Source: Iphione sp. A-MEVVRFRX5
Taxonomy: Eukaryota
NCBI GenBank assembly: GCA_976226885.1
Contig: OZ320316.1
Location: forward strand, 81,127,001 to 81,160,000
DNA length: 33,000 nt
Direction: 5' to 3'
The notes under the pieces were generated by a model that was given only the letters and a program-made list of their open reading frames with translations, was not told the DNA's origin and did not search any database. A program made the position numbers and the translations under genes. The number at the start of each line of letters is the position of its first letter. Within the stretch, counting starts at the first letter, position 1. This document shows, piece by piece, positions 1 through 12,431 of this stretch.

Positions 1-930
1 TATGCAAATTGGTCCAAAAAAGGAAGAAAACAGTGATTTACTCTAAATTTGACAAATTTGCACATGGAATTTGACTCTTCTATCAGCTACGTGATTCCTC
101 TACAAATTCTCACAGACCTCCTCAGGTTGTCATGCTACCAATGAGATTAAAGCCTGCTAGGTTTTCTCTTTCCTTTCCTCATAACTCTGCACGAAAGATT
201 GTCTATATCCCTCGAATCCATCCGTGTCTAGATAAGCACAAACCTGCTCAAGATCGGTTACTTTTCTCCAAGCACATCAAACCCTAGACTCTCAAAAGCT
301 TTTGTAGGGTATTCTTCTCCAACTGACATGATTCATAACCATCACTTAATAATATGAAGTCGTCCAAGTTATTTGCTATACCAGTATCCGACCAGCTGTC
401 CAATTCTTACCTGACAACATGAAAAATCTCAGTGAATATGTAAGGAGCAGACTTCAAGCTAAATTTAAAGTATCGTTTCCAAAACATTCCTGCGTGTTTA
501 CGACCTCAAGCAAAACCCTTGCAACTCACCATGGTTGACATCAGCACTTACAGACTCATATTCCTTGCTGGTATCTAGTACACTCAGGAATTTGACTCTC
601 TTTTGCATGTGTGTAATGTCACTAATGAAATTATATTTGAAATATACACATAATTTATCCTAAAGTTGGTAATAGTAATATTCACTGCCCGGAGCAACCA
701 TTAATACGTCTGAATGAATCATTTCCTTTAGGTACTCCTCCCATAGTGTGTGCAGATCTGCGAAAGTCATCTACCCTACTAAGGGCCTTGGTCTAACTCA
801 AAACTTTACTTGACATCTCCGTATGTCTTGATGGATCCATAATTCCCACAATTAAAGAAAGCTTGTGACATTTCCATTATCACTTTTGAAACCTGCCACA
901 ACACTGCCCCACATACAATTCGTAAGTGCT
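1..930 (-). pseudogene. DIRS/Ngaro-like reverse transcriptase remnant
   Basis: Motifs in the expected order: HTMGGVPKGNDSFRRINGCS (cf. HALGAVPKxDGxxRPITDCS), FLSVLDTSKEYESV..HGELQGF (cf. xDIxxAYRSV..WxLQG), FSLKSAPYIFT at ~431-460 (cf. FGLRSAPYIF), and ANNLDDFILL at ~347-376 (catalytic YLDDF). Confidence 0.85.
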
Positions 931-959
931 AATTTCTTCTATGCCAAAAGAGCATCCTC

Positions 960-1955
960 TGAAGAACCCATAATGCAAACGTGCATAGGAGACCAAACTT
1001 CAGACTGGATGATTTTGGTCTCTCCTGCGATTTAGTCTTCTGTGCAAGTTGATAACTATTGTATAAATATAATTTGGGTCTTGGTCTCTCCCTTGGGTTG
1101 GTCTCCCCTGTGGGTCGGGTCTTCAAGTGAGTTTGAGCTGTATATGGATGCAGTTTTCTCTCAACCCAATCCAGAATGTGACAGGAATTAGAAATGTTAT
1201 TGAAATAATCACGAAAGGCCTAATCATGCTATTACTGTTGAATATTGCATATGTCAGGTCATTACTGGACACATCACATTTGCTGTCTGTAGAAAACCAC
1301 CGTGGATTTATCCTACTCAATACTTGCAAAATGAACCATTAATTATTCATCGACATCAGCTTGGCCAGTGAACAGCCACATGTCACCAGTTCCTTGTGAG
1401 GGTTTATTTATCACGTATTAAAAGACTATCCGTGACAAGGTTACGATCTAACAATGAAACTTCTTCCAAACTAGGGAATTTACATATATATATATACCGG
1501 GTACATATATTTGATGATTCAGCAACCAATGAGTGTCGCTTTTCCCTGTGACTCTCAGGTTTTATAGCCGTCTGAATTGATATGTGATGGACTCTCAGAA
1601 GCTTTAAGGTCTTTATGACCAAAACCATGCAAGCATGTGTAAACATCCAGAATTAGTACCAGGACATCTTCTCAAACAAAAATGGCTATATAACAGCTGA
1701 TCATTACCAAAGTTAAAATAAGATATGTCCTCTGTCACAACCTTTCTCCTAATTATCCTATTATATTTTATGAAGGAAATGTGTCTGTAAGGAGATTTCG
1801 CACTCTTGTCGAGCATAGCTAATAAATAATGCAAGTACTAATTGATAATATATTTAAGTTTTTTACTCTTACTGCTTCACTCATTTGCAATGCTTCCTAA
1901 TAGTTGACGAATGCTGCCCTTTACACTTTGAACAATATCTGGCTACCCTTGGCAT
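960..1955 (-). pseudogene. gag-like ORF remnant of the DIRS/Ngaro element
   Basis: An ATG at 1955 opens MPRVARYCSKCKGQHSSTIRKHC (CxxCxxxH...C). Further on come HD*AFRDYF (cf. YDxxFR) and ILDWVE. The region lies directly upstream of the RT remnant. Confidence 0.55.
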
Positions 1956-1984
1956 AACAAAAGATGTTGCTCGTTGATACATGC

Positions 1985-2640
1985 CTTATCAGCATACTAT
2001 TTCAGTTTTAAGTGACAGTTGGTAACAATATACTCCATACATAACAGATATCATAAAGTGATCTTTTATTGTAGCTTTATTAATGGTGCATTCCCATGCC
2101 ACTCTAAAATTGACTATTTGGCATATATATGAATATATACGCTTCATAGTAACACCCATGACCCGACAAATTGTATAAGCTCCTAAAATAGCTAAATTCA
2201 TAAGGAATAGCACATATATATATGTATTGTATAGATTTGGTTGTCTTTCCAGCCTGTATATAATATGGGGTGTTTCTAATAGAAGGTGCCCTTACTAGAG
2301 GGGTTCCACCATATTTCACATAGACTGCACTAGTCACAGAGGATTGTGCAGTAATTCTGCATGTGTTTTTCGTAAGGTCCATTTCTTTTTGAAAGTTTGG
2401 CTGAATAATCCTAATTTAATACACTAATGTAAGATAGCATTCAATATTCTCCCTGGTAACATTGAAAGAGGTACTTTTGCCATCTCACGAACTCTAATGA
2501 AAGAGATGACTTGATTCTTGAATGTATTTAGGGGCTTCCTTTTACCTTTAGTCAAGGTATCGATTTTGATTTTCTTCTGTGATGAGAAATTAAAAACTTA
2601 AGTATTATGAACCACTAGCCAGTGGGTGATGTCCACCAAG
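1985..2640 (-). pseudogene. Tyrosine recombinase remnant
   Basis: Fragments: ITHWLVVHN..DTLTKGKRK (N-terminal part), VTRENIE, ELLHNPL*LVQSM*NM (cf. PLCPV), and RIYSYICQIVNFRVAWECTINKATIKDHFMIS, which roughly matches the spacing of YSxHSFRRGGATxAxECGIxxxxIKxHGxWxS. The catalytic HxxR is eroded. Confidence 0.55.
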
Positions 2641-2859
2641 GTTAGTCAAATAAAACCAGTCCAGTTGGACTCAAATGTGCTACTCAAGCATTTGATACGG
2701 GTTCAGTCTATTCGTATCTTACCTCACCTGGTTACGGAACAATGTACACAAAATTGTATTATACATAATACTCAAAAAAAACTTCATTTGATATAATTAT
2801 TGAAATTACATCGTGTTGTCCCAAAATGCATCCCTATTTATGGCACATCCTTATTTAAG

Positions 2860-3150
2860 ATTTGTGATCAATATGTTTTTACTGTGCTATATTATTTCTT
2901 ATCTTGGGGGGAAAACCTTATATCGCAAGAAATAAATTTTAAGTGGACATTAATGGAGATGCAGACCATTTGACTCGATTCAGCATAGGACTCTATGGCA
3001 GTGCCCCAACAGCACATTTCCGATACCTTAGATTCATGAGTTTAACTTATATTTACCATTGAAGAAGATAAACTTTGTCGAAACGTTTGGACCAATAAAG
3101 CCTGCATACAAAATCCACTCACCTTGTTGTGTTTGTGTGTTTCCACCTAT
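2860..3150 (+). mobile_element. Penelope-like element 3' fragment (GIY-YIG remnant plus pseudo-LTR piece)
   Basis: LCYIISY/GGKPYIAR resembles VIYxIxCxxCxKxYIG, and RTLWQ..TF.P resembles the endonuclease C-terminus. These are followed by TTGAAGAAG..CGAAACGTT and AATAAA at 3094-3099. Confidence 0.55.
3056..3090 (+). ncRNA. Minimal type I hammerhead ribozyme motif (Penelope-associated variant)
   Basis: Sequence cca-TTGAAGA-a-gataaa-c-tttgtc-GAAACGTT-tgg: a CUGANGA box with C>U, a stem II, GAAA, the palindromic AACGTT minimal helix III, and a cca/tgg stem I. Confidence 0.55.
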
Positions 3151-3684
3151 GTCTACATTTATGTTCCTTCAATGATCATTCAATAACTTTGATTACTAAT
3201 CATTGTCTCATATGTTTCATACATGTTTCACAGAATTTGTCATGTACGATTTGTATGAACGATTTCGCATTATGAAAAGATATGTTCCTCATCTTAAAAT
3301 AACATTAGTTAGGTAAAACATTAAGAAGGCCCTTTGATATTTGTCAAACGGAGTCCATTTATTCTCCGGGAAAATATATTGCACATCCTTTGATGAAGAA
3401 TCTTTTCAAAGCACTAGGTTTTAATCGTCCTTTAACTGTGCCCGTCAAACGGTGTAACACTTATGTATCCGACAGCTGAGACCAGGGTCGCCGTGAAAAG
3501 AACGTTCACAAAAGGAAAATGAATCCATAGACAAAAAGTGCCTTTATCTCTTCAATCTGCCCTCATGGATAAATGATACAATAAAAAGTACAGATTTCCG
3601 AGGGTAAGTATCAAAGCATTATTTTTTATATCGTTGATCACAAGTTATACCTTGAGCCGTGTTTCTTCTTTGAGGGGTGCCTAA

Positions 3685-4308
3685 GGGCCAGCTTCCATAC
3701 CTGTATTAGTGTATGTGTGTGTTAGTGCATGTTTTTGGTGCATTGAGGTGTGTTTTTTATGAGCATGGTGATTTCAGTGGAGGATGTCTTCCATGTCCAT
3801 GTACACTGTTTTATGTTGAGGTGCATTGTGTATCGGTTGTTCATTATTGACCAGTGTTTGATAATTTAATGCAAGCAGCCATCAATAGAGAGTAGGACAG
3901 AGGATACATCCTTTGTGACAGGCAGCTAAAAGCAATGTTTTAAGGTTTTTCCTCACCTTTACACACTTTTTCTGGTGAAATATGCACAATTTTGCACATC
4001 TATGCAAAAATCCGTCCTTTTTCATCACTTTTGCCAATTTTCTTGGCTTTTAGCATCAGATCGATTCTTTTTTAATTTTTTTATTTTTCTTTTCGGTTTC
4101 ACCAGGATCACAGCTTTTAGCATCAAATTCATCCCTTTTTATACTTTTCCTCATCATTATTGCTGGTTTTCACACCGCCTCATGCAGCCTCAATGGAAGG
4201 CCAAAAGATAACCCTTCTGTATAAGGCTGCATGAGGGACAAAATGCATGGCGTTAGGCACCCAGGCAAAATGCATAATACAGGCCAATACAAATAAGGAA
4301 ACTGGACC
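3685..4308. mobile_element. PIF/Harbinger-like MITE, copy A
   Basis: Left TIR GGGCCAGCTTCCATACCTGTATTAG; reverse complement of the right end GGTCCAGTTTCCTTATTTGTATTGG. TAA target-site duplication at 3682-3684 and 4309-4311. T-rich degenerate internal array. Confidence 0.8.
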
Positions 4309-7300
4309 TAAGTGTGACAACTGTTGTCATAAATTTTGTTTCATGATCAATCAACCCATATATATTTGTAATTTGTTCACAAATTGTTGGTGTTTTATTT
4401 TTTTAAGAATATTTTGAATAAAATTCAAGTCCCGCTGTTTGCATGTAAGAATACAACCTGAACAGGTATTGTTTTCGCTTTGTAGTCTTCTATTTTAGAA
4501 AATATCTTCCATGTACAGTGTATACGTTGAACAAACAAAGGGCAATTCCCCCTCCGCCTAGCCAATTGTCTTCGCCTGACAAGTTGATATCTTTTTAGTT
4601 GTGAATCAAATAATATATCTTGTCATATATCATTTATATCCAGTGGCGAGTCATAGATCAGTCTGTGTGAGCCACTTCACCAAATAGATTTCCGCAGACA
4701 GACTGTTAGTGTATGCTGAATTAATCTTTTTTTGTTACAGTGAGGCTATCCGAGGATTTCCTGTAACGTGACTTTTTCTTTTGCCATACAATGAAGCTCC
4801 TATCGAGGACATTTCGGTTTACTGCTTTTGAAGTTGGACGCCAGTAGTTTCATAGCGCTTCAGTTGCTGAAAGCATAAGTCCGTCCCATCATCTTCAGAC
4901 ATCCAGACTTTCGATATACGCCTTAAAAATATCCACATTTTGCTGTGTGTATTCTTAGTCCGGTTACGTCCCTGAGGTGTGATGCATAGGGGGTGGGCGG
5001 AAATTGGCTACCACCGGTAGCATGTTTTCTAGAAATAAATGTATTATGTGGATAACTAAGAAAGTATACATATTACAGAACCTGAAAAAAGCACCCCTGT
5101 TCTTCATTTCACTTCATGGACGAGGAGAGAGAACATTGAATAAGGTTTTGAATGATCCTGTAAGCACCATGAATAAACTTTTGAGATTAAGAACTGAAGT
5201 CGGAACAAATGTAAGAAAAGGGCTACCCCTGGCTCTTTCTTCCTTATGGGCCATTATCTAATGCCAGGCCGTTACGACCACTCAAACCTGAATCAGACAG
5301 GTGACCTCCAGACCCCACTGCCCATCTGCCCGTTGCGTGCTTGAATGGTAAACACCTTTTGTCGGTCGGTGGGGGAAACTTTTCCCACTTCTAAAGGGAC
5401 TGAAATACCACATTTAGTCATTCGTTATGCAACTCTCTTGCTTGCCTTGAGCACTAGATTAATGGCCCTTATGTGCGGGATTAGGGTCACACATATGGAT
5501 CGCAACATGCAGTGATCAAGACCTGCAGGATTCCCTTCAGGTTGGTTTGTAGGTGTTCGTTTTAAAAACCTGACAGTCCTATGATATATATGGCTGGAAA
5601 GCAATAATACTAAGCCGTAGATAAAAACGTCAAACAACTGACTTCTTGCTTGTCCGAAGATTTGAAAATTCCGAGGAGAAAAAAACAACCACGTGTCAAT
5701 GATTGGCGGCTGCTCTTTTGACGGCCATCTGGCGACAGCTGCCACATAGACATAGAGACTGTCGTAGGAAGAACTGCTTACAAGAATGAATGACAAGAAT
5801 GGGGACTGACGTATACAAGTAACGACAGAGAAGATTCTTTTTATTTCATTCTAAAAACTTATCATCCATGCACACACAGCTATAGGCATACACAAAGGAA
5901 AAAAGCAGCTCACGCTGGGGGAGGGTCTATCAAGGTATTGTTTGCCTTGAGGACACATTTTATTGTCGTACAAATGTTGATTGTCTTTCGAATCTGACGT
6001 CAGTCCTGGGAATTGCGTTCTTTCACCGACCGTTTTTTCAAGATAATTACTACCAGTTCACTAAAAGTAATGAAGATCATCCTAAATCATGTGTAAATGG
6101 GTGCCGCTCTACAGGCACTCAGGAGATGGGACTGGCGAATACTTCGGTGTCATGATCGCAACGTATGCGTATAAAGCAGGACAACGGGGAGCTTTTTTTG
6201 CTGTGAATTATGGCTTTCCGCCATTGGGTTGAGCATTCACGTACACTTCTTAGGTGTCAACGGCCTGTCACCCTTCAATCGTTAAAAAGGGATTTCGTTG
6301 CGTCTAGTAAACGTCTTTCATATTTAACGTCGGTAACAACAGTTCTGACTCTGGATTGCAATGCTGACCACCTGTCATTAAGGTACCTCAGATGCAAACC
6401 GCATGTATTTTAATTTTATCAAGGAGAGTCCTTTCCTCTCGATTTTTTTTACATTGCGAATCTGTAAAATGCCTATCCGTCTTGGTGGCAGGTCTAGCGA
6501 GGCCCGTAATGTCTCCTTCCATCAGAAGCGAGAGGCAGGCAGTGTCAGTGGTCGTAGCTGGACCGATAATTTACAGCATAATGGACAGTTTAAGCTGGCC
6601 CCGACCAACTGCGGGCAGAGAGTAGTCCCACCCACGGATGAGTGGAGGACATCAAAGACGTCTATTTTCGTAAACACCGGTGAGTTCGACACTTCGTGCA
6701 GCCTCAACTGTCGCTATCTAACGCGGGGCCAACGGAACATTGTTTCTTTTACACATGGTCATGTAATATTATGATTAATAATTGATTATGAAAGTGTTTG
6801 ACCCCTTTAAGGTTACACTTGTGGTGTACAGTAAGGAGAGAATATACAGTTATTTATCATGCGACACCTCTATCATGTATTCTCCGTTCTGCGTATCAGC
6901 TAGCATTTCGCAAGTTTTCTTCCTTTTCCTTACATCTGTATATAACCAATCTCAACCATAAATACTAATCTTCCTTGATGGTTCATCCCCAGACTTATCA
7001 CATGAAATTTGATCTGACTACATGTACGCCTATCCCGTCCGGTCAAATGTTCAGGGTATGCAAAAAGCGAAACGCTCATATACCCTTTATACGGCATTTG
7101 TCTTTACATGTCATATTCTGCCGTGGAAGCAACGCCTTCTTTTTTAAGAAAAGGATTCTTTCCACACACAAAAATCGCCCGAAGAAATGTACGAAGAGTG
7201 TGACATACTTTATCACAAAATAGTTCAAGTTGTCGCGTTCTAAACCTTTCTATTCGCTATATGTATATATATATACATGCATATTAATGGCATTGGTTGA

Positions 7301-9778
7301 TGCTTCGGTCTTCGCCCTCCCATTACGGATCTGAACTTCAAGTGACCATGCATTTCACCACTTTAGTGCCCTGGATAGAAGTAAAGAGGTGTTTCTCTGT
7401 AACGTAGCCCTGTAGTGTAGCCGTTTGCGTCTAATGCCCCATTGCCACGGGCGAGGTTTAAACGAGCCTGAAAGTGGATAGGCTAAACCTGAATTCGGTC
7501 TTGTACATGTTCTTTGTAACTCTGTTATCTGTATTCACAAGGCAGAGGACGATGCATTAATAATACAATAAAATATATGCACGGGGACTATAGGTTTTAT
7601 TGCACTAGTATCCCACCCTCTATTTAGAATAACCCAGGTGGATTTGTCGAAATATTGTACGGAACCCACGCGTTTTCAGCAGCTATGTGTACAACATTGT
7701 TATGATTTGGAGATACATCATAGTCTATTATTATATCTAATCACTAATAGCCTTGTATACTGAGAATAACACTCAGTATGGGAAGTGAGTACATATGTAC
7801 AAAGGGATATTCTTTTAAAACATGGACGTATATGTTTAAATTGTTCTAACTTGCAATTCGTTATGGCTCTGGACTTAGAACAGAGACGTGACAGTATAAC
7901 ATGTACATTGATGGTTTGCAACATTCTTCAATCTCTCTCGCATCCATAAACCAGAAGTACACGGCCATGATCACTACTGCACCTTGATGACCCAATTGTC
8001 CTGACATAATCATCAGTCAGGCAATTACTGACATTGACTGGTACTTAGCAATATTACCTCCGTCGTCTTTCATGCAAATAACGTTAAAGCAATATTGCCT
8101 CATTAGTGTTTTTAAGAATTAATTTTTGCTACGTATAAGGGTGTGGCGCTTTAAATGCAAACAGTTTACAATATCTTCTGAATTTGACAATCTGCACTGT
8201 TATTTTAGATAACATGATTTATGATTTAACAGATACAAATAAAATACGGAAAATTTGCATACTTACGTGAATTTCTGCGGACAAACGTGGGTGGAAAATG
8301 TTCAGTTGTTCTGTATATGTCACAACAGAACAAATAAAGTAGGTTCTCCATAGGATATCATGAATATTACCTGTGCATTTACCCAATATATTATTTAACA
8401 GAGGGGGCATTGTAGCTTGCTTAATTTACCATGTGTAAATAATATTTAGTATTTGTGTCTTGAATCATCTATAAAACCACGATCAATTAATGTGTGCGTG
8501 CCACTGTGCAATTTAGGCGCACCCCTTGCGACACGGGCGCCATGCAAGCATACTGTGTTTTCTACACATCAAGTCAATTCACTTTTCAATCTTCGTAGTT
8601 TTTGACATTTATTATTTCAGTGCGTTTTATTGTCTACGTTTCCCCTCATATTAAGATAAAGTTATACCTCCACCCCATGATGATACAAATAACCCTTTTT
8701 TGTCTAGTTGGAAGAGAATTTGACCAATTCGTATCAGCTATGCAACCACCTTTTACCACATTTTGTGGGAGATTTGCCTTTGCACCGTTTTTGGGGGACA
8801 CATACTAAAGAAATATTAAGATATCATTTGTGGTCTTGAAACTTTTCACGTTTATGTGAATGTTTGGTGATAAATTATTGGAAACCTCTCTTGTGGGTAT
8901 TGTTTGAATAGCCAGGTAAAAGTAGTTGAGTTCCGTAACTGTGTTCCTCGTGATACAATCACTCGAATCAAAATTTCATTGCACGGGAGGTCTTGAAATC
9001 ATACGTGAACCATCGAGAAAATTCATCTCCTTGTAAATGAGAAGAATTCTTCAAAATTGACTAATCTAAGAAAGTGAGAAAACACACGTAAAAAAGGTAC
9101 GTTAACAATCGTCGAAGAGTCTAATTGAAACAATTATTTTCATTATGCTTATCATACGCAGCAAACATTATTAGATGAAGTAGCTCCCTACTTTGCTCAT
9201 GATGTTACAGGTAGTGAATTCGGTAATTGTGGCACTTTGATAAAGATCTCTTGTCAGTAGCTATAGGTATCAATTATGCCTCTTCCTTTTTTTGTTTACC
9301 ACTTAGTGAAAGCCACAGAATTTGAGTTTCCGCAGAGATACTGATGACAGAGACGAGGTTAATAATACTCGCTTTCTTTTCGTTTCAAAATGCTGTACCT
9401 GGTCACTTTTCAGGCGGTACGTCGGGTTGTCTCGGTTCCAATGGGAAAACATATGCTCTCGCATATACCGTAATATAGGTCTCATAGCTTCACCTTTTAA
9501 TGGCGATCGTGAAATTTCAGCAATGTGTGTTTCGATGCCGAAAGAAAGGCGTGTAGATGTAGTGCAAATTTTGGTATATAAATTTTCTTATCGATACAAC
9601 TAATGCCTTTTCAGTTTATAGAAAGAAATCATTATGTCTCACCACATTTCTAGGATGTTTTTAAAGGATTGCTGTTTTCTGTATAGCTGACGTAGAGAGA
9701 GAAAAGTGCAGATGAAAACATGTCTGTTCATTTAATCACCTTTTATGATTATTCATCAAACAATCCTCACCTTTATAT

Positions 9779-9860
9779 ATAGTCAGACGTCCCAAATGCG
9801 GACACCCTTGGTTCTGTGCCAAACTGTCCGGATTTCAGATTTGTCCTGATTATAGATCAC
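9779..9860 (+). mobile_element. Tc1/mariner (pogo/Tigger-like) MITE left terminus
   Basis: ta-tagtcagacgtcccaaatgcggacacccttgg..tgtccggatt..tgtcctgatt has the internal GGACA/TGTCC palindromes typical of pogo-type MITE ends. I did not find the right end. Confidence 0.5.
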
Positions 9861-9889
9861 TTAGTAGTGTATATGAGATGTGTATGCAT

Positions 9890-10075
9890 TATTGAATTTG
9901 ACGAGTAAGGGTCCTAAAAGTACTGAATTTGATGATTAGGAATCCTAAAAGTACTGAATTTGACCAGTAAATGTCCAAAAAGTACTGAATTTGATGCTAA
10001 AGAGTCCTAAAAGTACTGAATTTGACGAGTTAAAGTCAAAAAACTACTGAATTTGATGATTAAGAGTCCGAAAAG
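9890..10075. repeat. 31-bp minisatellite, 6 units, with A/B dimeric higher-order structure
   Basis: Units start at 9890, 9921, 9952, 9983, 10014 and 10045, with core AAAAGTACTGAATTTGA. Odd units continue c(g/c)agt and even units continue tg(a/c)t. Confidence 0.95.
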
Positions 10076-10084
10076 GAAGGTCTG

Positions 10085-10305
10085 TGAAAACAACTTCTGA
10101 GGCTTCTCTGCTGCCCCTAGAGCCTCCCTAGAGCCCTAAATTCATGCGACAATACCTTGTCCACAGGGTTTATTCATAACTACCTTTGAAAATGACTTCT
10201 GGGGCTTCCTGGAGTCCCAAACTCGTGTGACTACACCTCATCCACAGGATTTACTTATGACTACCTCTGAAAATGACTTCTGAAGGCTCTCCGGGGCCAC
10301 AAATT
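10085..10305. repeat. ~81-bp degenerate tandem repeat, ~2.5 units
   Basis: actacct(t/c)tgaaaatgacttctg occurs at 10179 and 10260, with a related tgaaaacaacttctg at 10085; tccacagg is also repeated. Confidence 0.8.
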
Positions 10306-10769
10306 TGCCAAACAACAGTGTCAGTAGGCAGACGTTTTGTAAAATTAGCTGTCCTTATTGTAGACGTGTTGCTACAATGGTTAACTATAGGAAACAAGTT
10401 GGTTCTTCTCCAAATCATCTGCATTGGAGATGTGTCCGCATCCAAGATGTTTCCGCAAGGGGACCTTTACTCTGTAATTCAATAACAATAAAAAGCATTT
10501 CCACATAAGAAAATGGTGTATTTAAACTGATCTCTAGGAAAGGATACAGCAGAGGCTTCACCAACGCTAAACAGTGTCACTGAAGAGTGGATGTATTGTC
10601 TCCCTTCACTCATGACAAGGTTTTCTTGGTTGTGCCCAGCTGAACTCCCCCAGTCGTAAATGTTCGAAGTTTGAAGTAGTTTACTCTCAATATAAATGTA
10701 TGTTCTTCCAGTAGAACATGAAAGAAGAAATTAAGGATATATAGTAATAGTGCAATTGATAATAAAGAA

Positions 10770-11057
10770 AGTATGAGTTAAAATAAAACAAGCAGAAATG
10801 TAAACAAACCACGGTGATGACAATTGCCAGGCTAGGTAGCACCTGCCATACATCGAGATGATGAAAATGTGAGATAAATGAGGAATAACAGAAAAGTGAA
10901 GAAACTGTAGTAATGACACTTACCAGGCTAGGTATGGCTTTCAATACACTGAGATTTGAAAATGTGAGATAAATGAAGAGTTGCAAAAAAGCACAAAAGA
11001 CGTGGTAATGACGCCCATCAGGCTAGGTTATCCTTTAATGCATCGAGGTTTGAAGGT
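10770..11057. repeat. ~96-bp tandem repeat, ~3 units
   Basis: caggctaggt occurs at 10828, 10924 and 11019; tgaaaatgtgagataaatga occurs twice. Confidence 0.85.
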
Positions 11058-12312
11058 ATTAGTGCATGTCAAGATCCCCTGGAAGCCTAGTCCACAGTGA
11101 CAGGCCCACATACCAATAACTTGACCTGAACAATGAAGTCCTCTGCTTATTAATCTAACAGGTACAGCCGATGGATCAATGGTAGTAGTAAGTTTTCACC
11201 CTGTTTAGCAAGTGGCAATATCCCAAATGACCTCCTTGTCGATGTCACACTTTTCCTTGTTGTTGAACCTATATATGAATGACCTGAAGCGATCTGTTGT
11301 ATTCTATATGGCGGGTGTCTAATAATTTCGTTTTGCTCATAAGAAATAGTAGACCATAATCCACTAGTGGAGCCAAAACGACTTGCACAGTTTTGCTTAA
11401 TTCCCAAATGGCAGGTGGAATGTTAGCTTTCTGATATAGTACATCCTGACTCTTAATTTCTTTCTAATACATTGTACCATTGGTACCCAGATGAGTCGCT
11501 CGTATAGCCCAGGAATTTACAGGCCACCTCTTTTTCGATAGTCAACAACCCTAGAGTTACGTTCAACTTGAAGGGGATGCTTTTGCTGAACACCATACAA
11601 AAAGTTTTCTCACCATTTATTATCAGACCTGTTTTATTAGCCCATGTAGGTTTCGATATCAGGTAAACCCCTCTGCGACTTAAAACAAAGGGCGAGGACT
11701 ATAGTGAACAATATAATCATCCGCGTACATTAACAATTTCATAACTACCTGGGTCTTCGGCCTGTCATTAACGACCATCGAAAACAGGAGAGACCCCGTC
11801 AGGCTGCCCTGAGGGACCCCACACTTCACTTAAGTCATTATCGTTACATCTAACATACCATTGTCTGCCAGTCAAGTAAGGTGTAATTCACTATAATGTT
11901 CGATGTCCCATTTTGGCCTCAACACACTTTGAAATTATACACAATGGATTATTACACCAAACACCTTAGAGAGATCGATAAAAACAGCAGCAAAGTGACT
12001 TCTCCTATCGATTGTTTCATACACATTTCATAGAAACACCGCCAGGGTAGTTGCAGTGCCTCTCCTTGGCCTGAACTCATGTTGCTCCACACAATGGTAC
12101 TTAGTCTGACAGAGGTAGTCCATAATCAGATCAAACACTACTTTTTCAATAACCCTTCCTATCATGGGCAGTATAGCCACAAGCCGGTAATTCGTTTTCA
12201 GTGAAGTACTACCTTTCTCATACAGTGAAGCTACTCTTACCATTTTACATGAGTTTGGGAACATCCCACTCGAGTTTTATTTATTACATCCCTAACAACC
12301 AAAGCTGAGAGC

Positions 12313-12388
12313 AACAACAGTGTGGACCTGTGAGGTCTGTTGCACCCTGCGATAAACTGCCCAGGTGTGTGTGGGGGGTGGAGAGAGA

Positions 12389-12431
<43 letters not shown>

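Larger units (their letters stand above)
1..2640 (-). mobile_element. Decayed DIRS/Ngaro-type tyrosine-recombinase retrotransposon; runs off the left edge of the window
   Basis: Minus-strand translation across stops and frameshifts gives DIRS/Ngaro-like RT motifs (below ~930), gag-like motifs (~960-1955) and tyrosine-recombinase-like motifs (~1985-2640). Confidence 0.8.

Noticed and set aside
6403-6774. 123-aa ORF whose FNFIKESP resembles FNVIKESP at ~22120
   Set aside because: The similarity does not extend beyond 8 residues and no domain is recognisable. The nearby RPVTL is too little to call an RT.
7994-8026. Hairpin aattgtcctgac / gtcaggcaatt
   Set aside because: An isolated 11-bp stem with no supporting context; compatible with chance.
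9890-10075. CRISPR-like appearance (conserved core plus variable part)
   Set aside because: The variable parts are only ~14 bp and related to each other, there are no cas genes, and the context is eukaryotic. It is a minisatellite.
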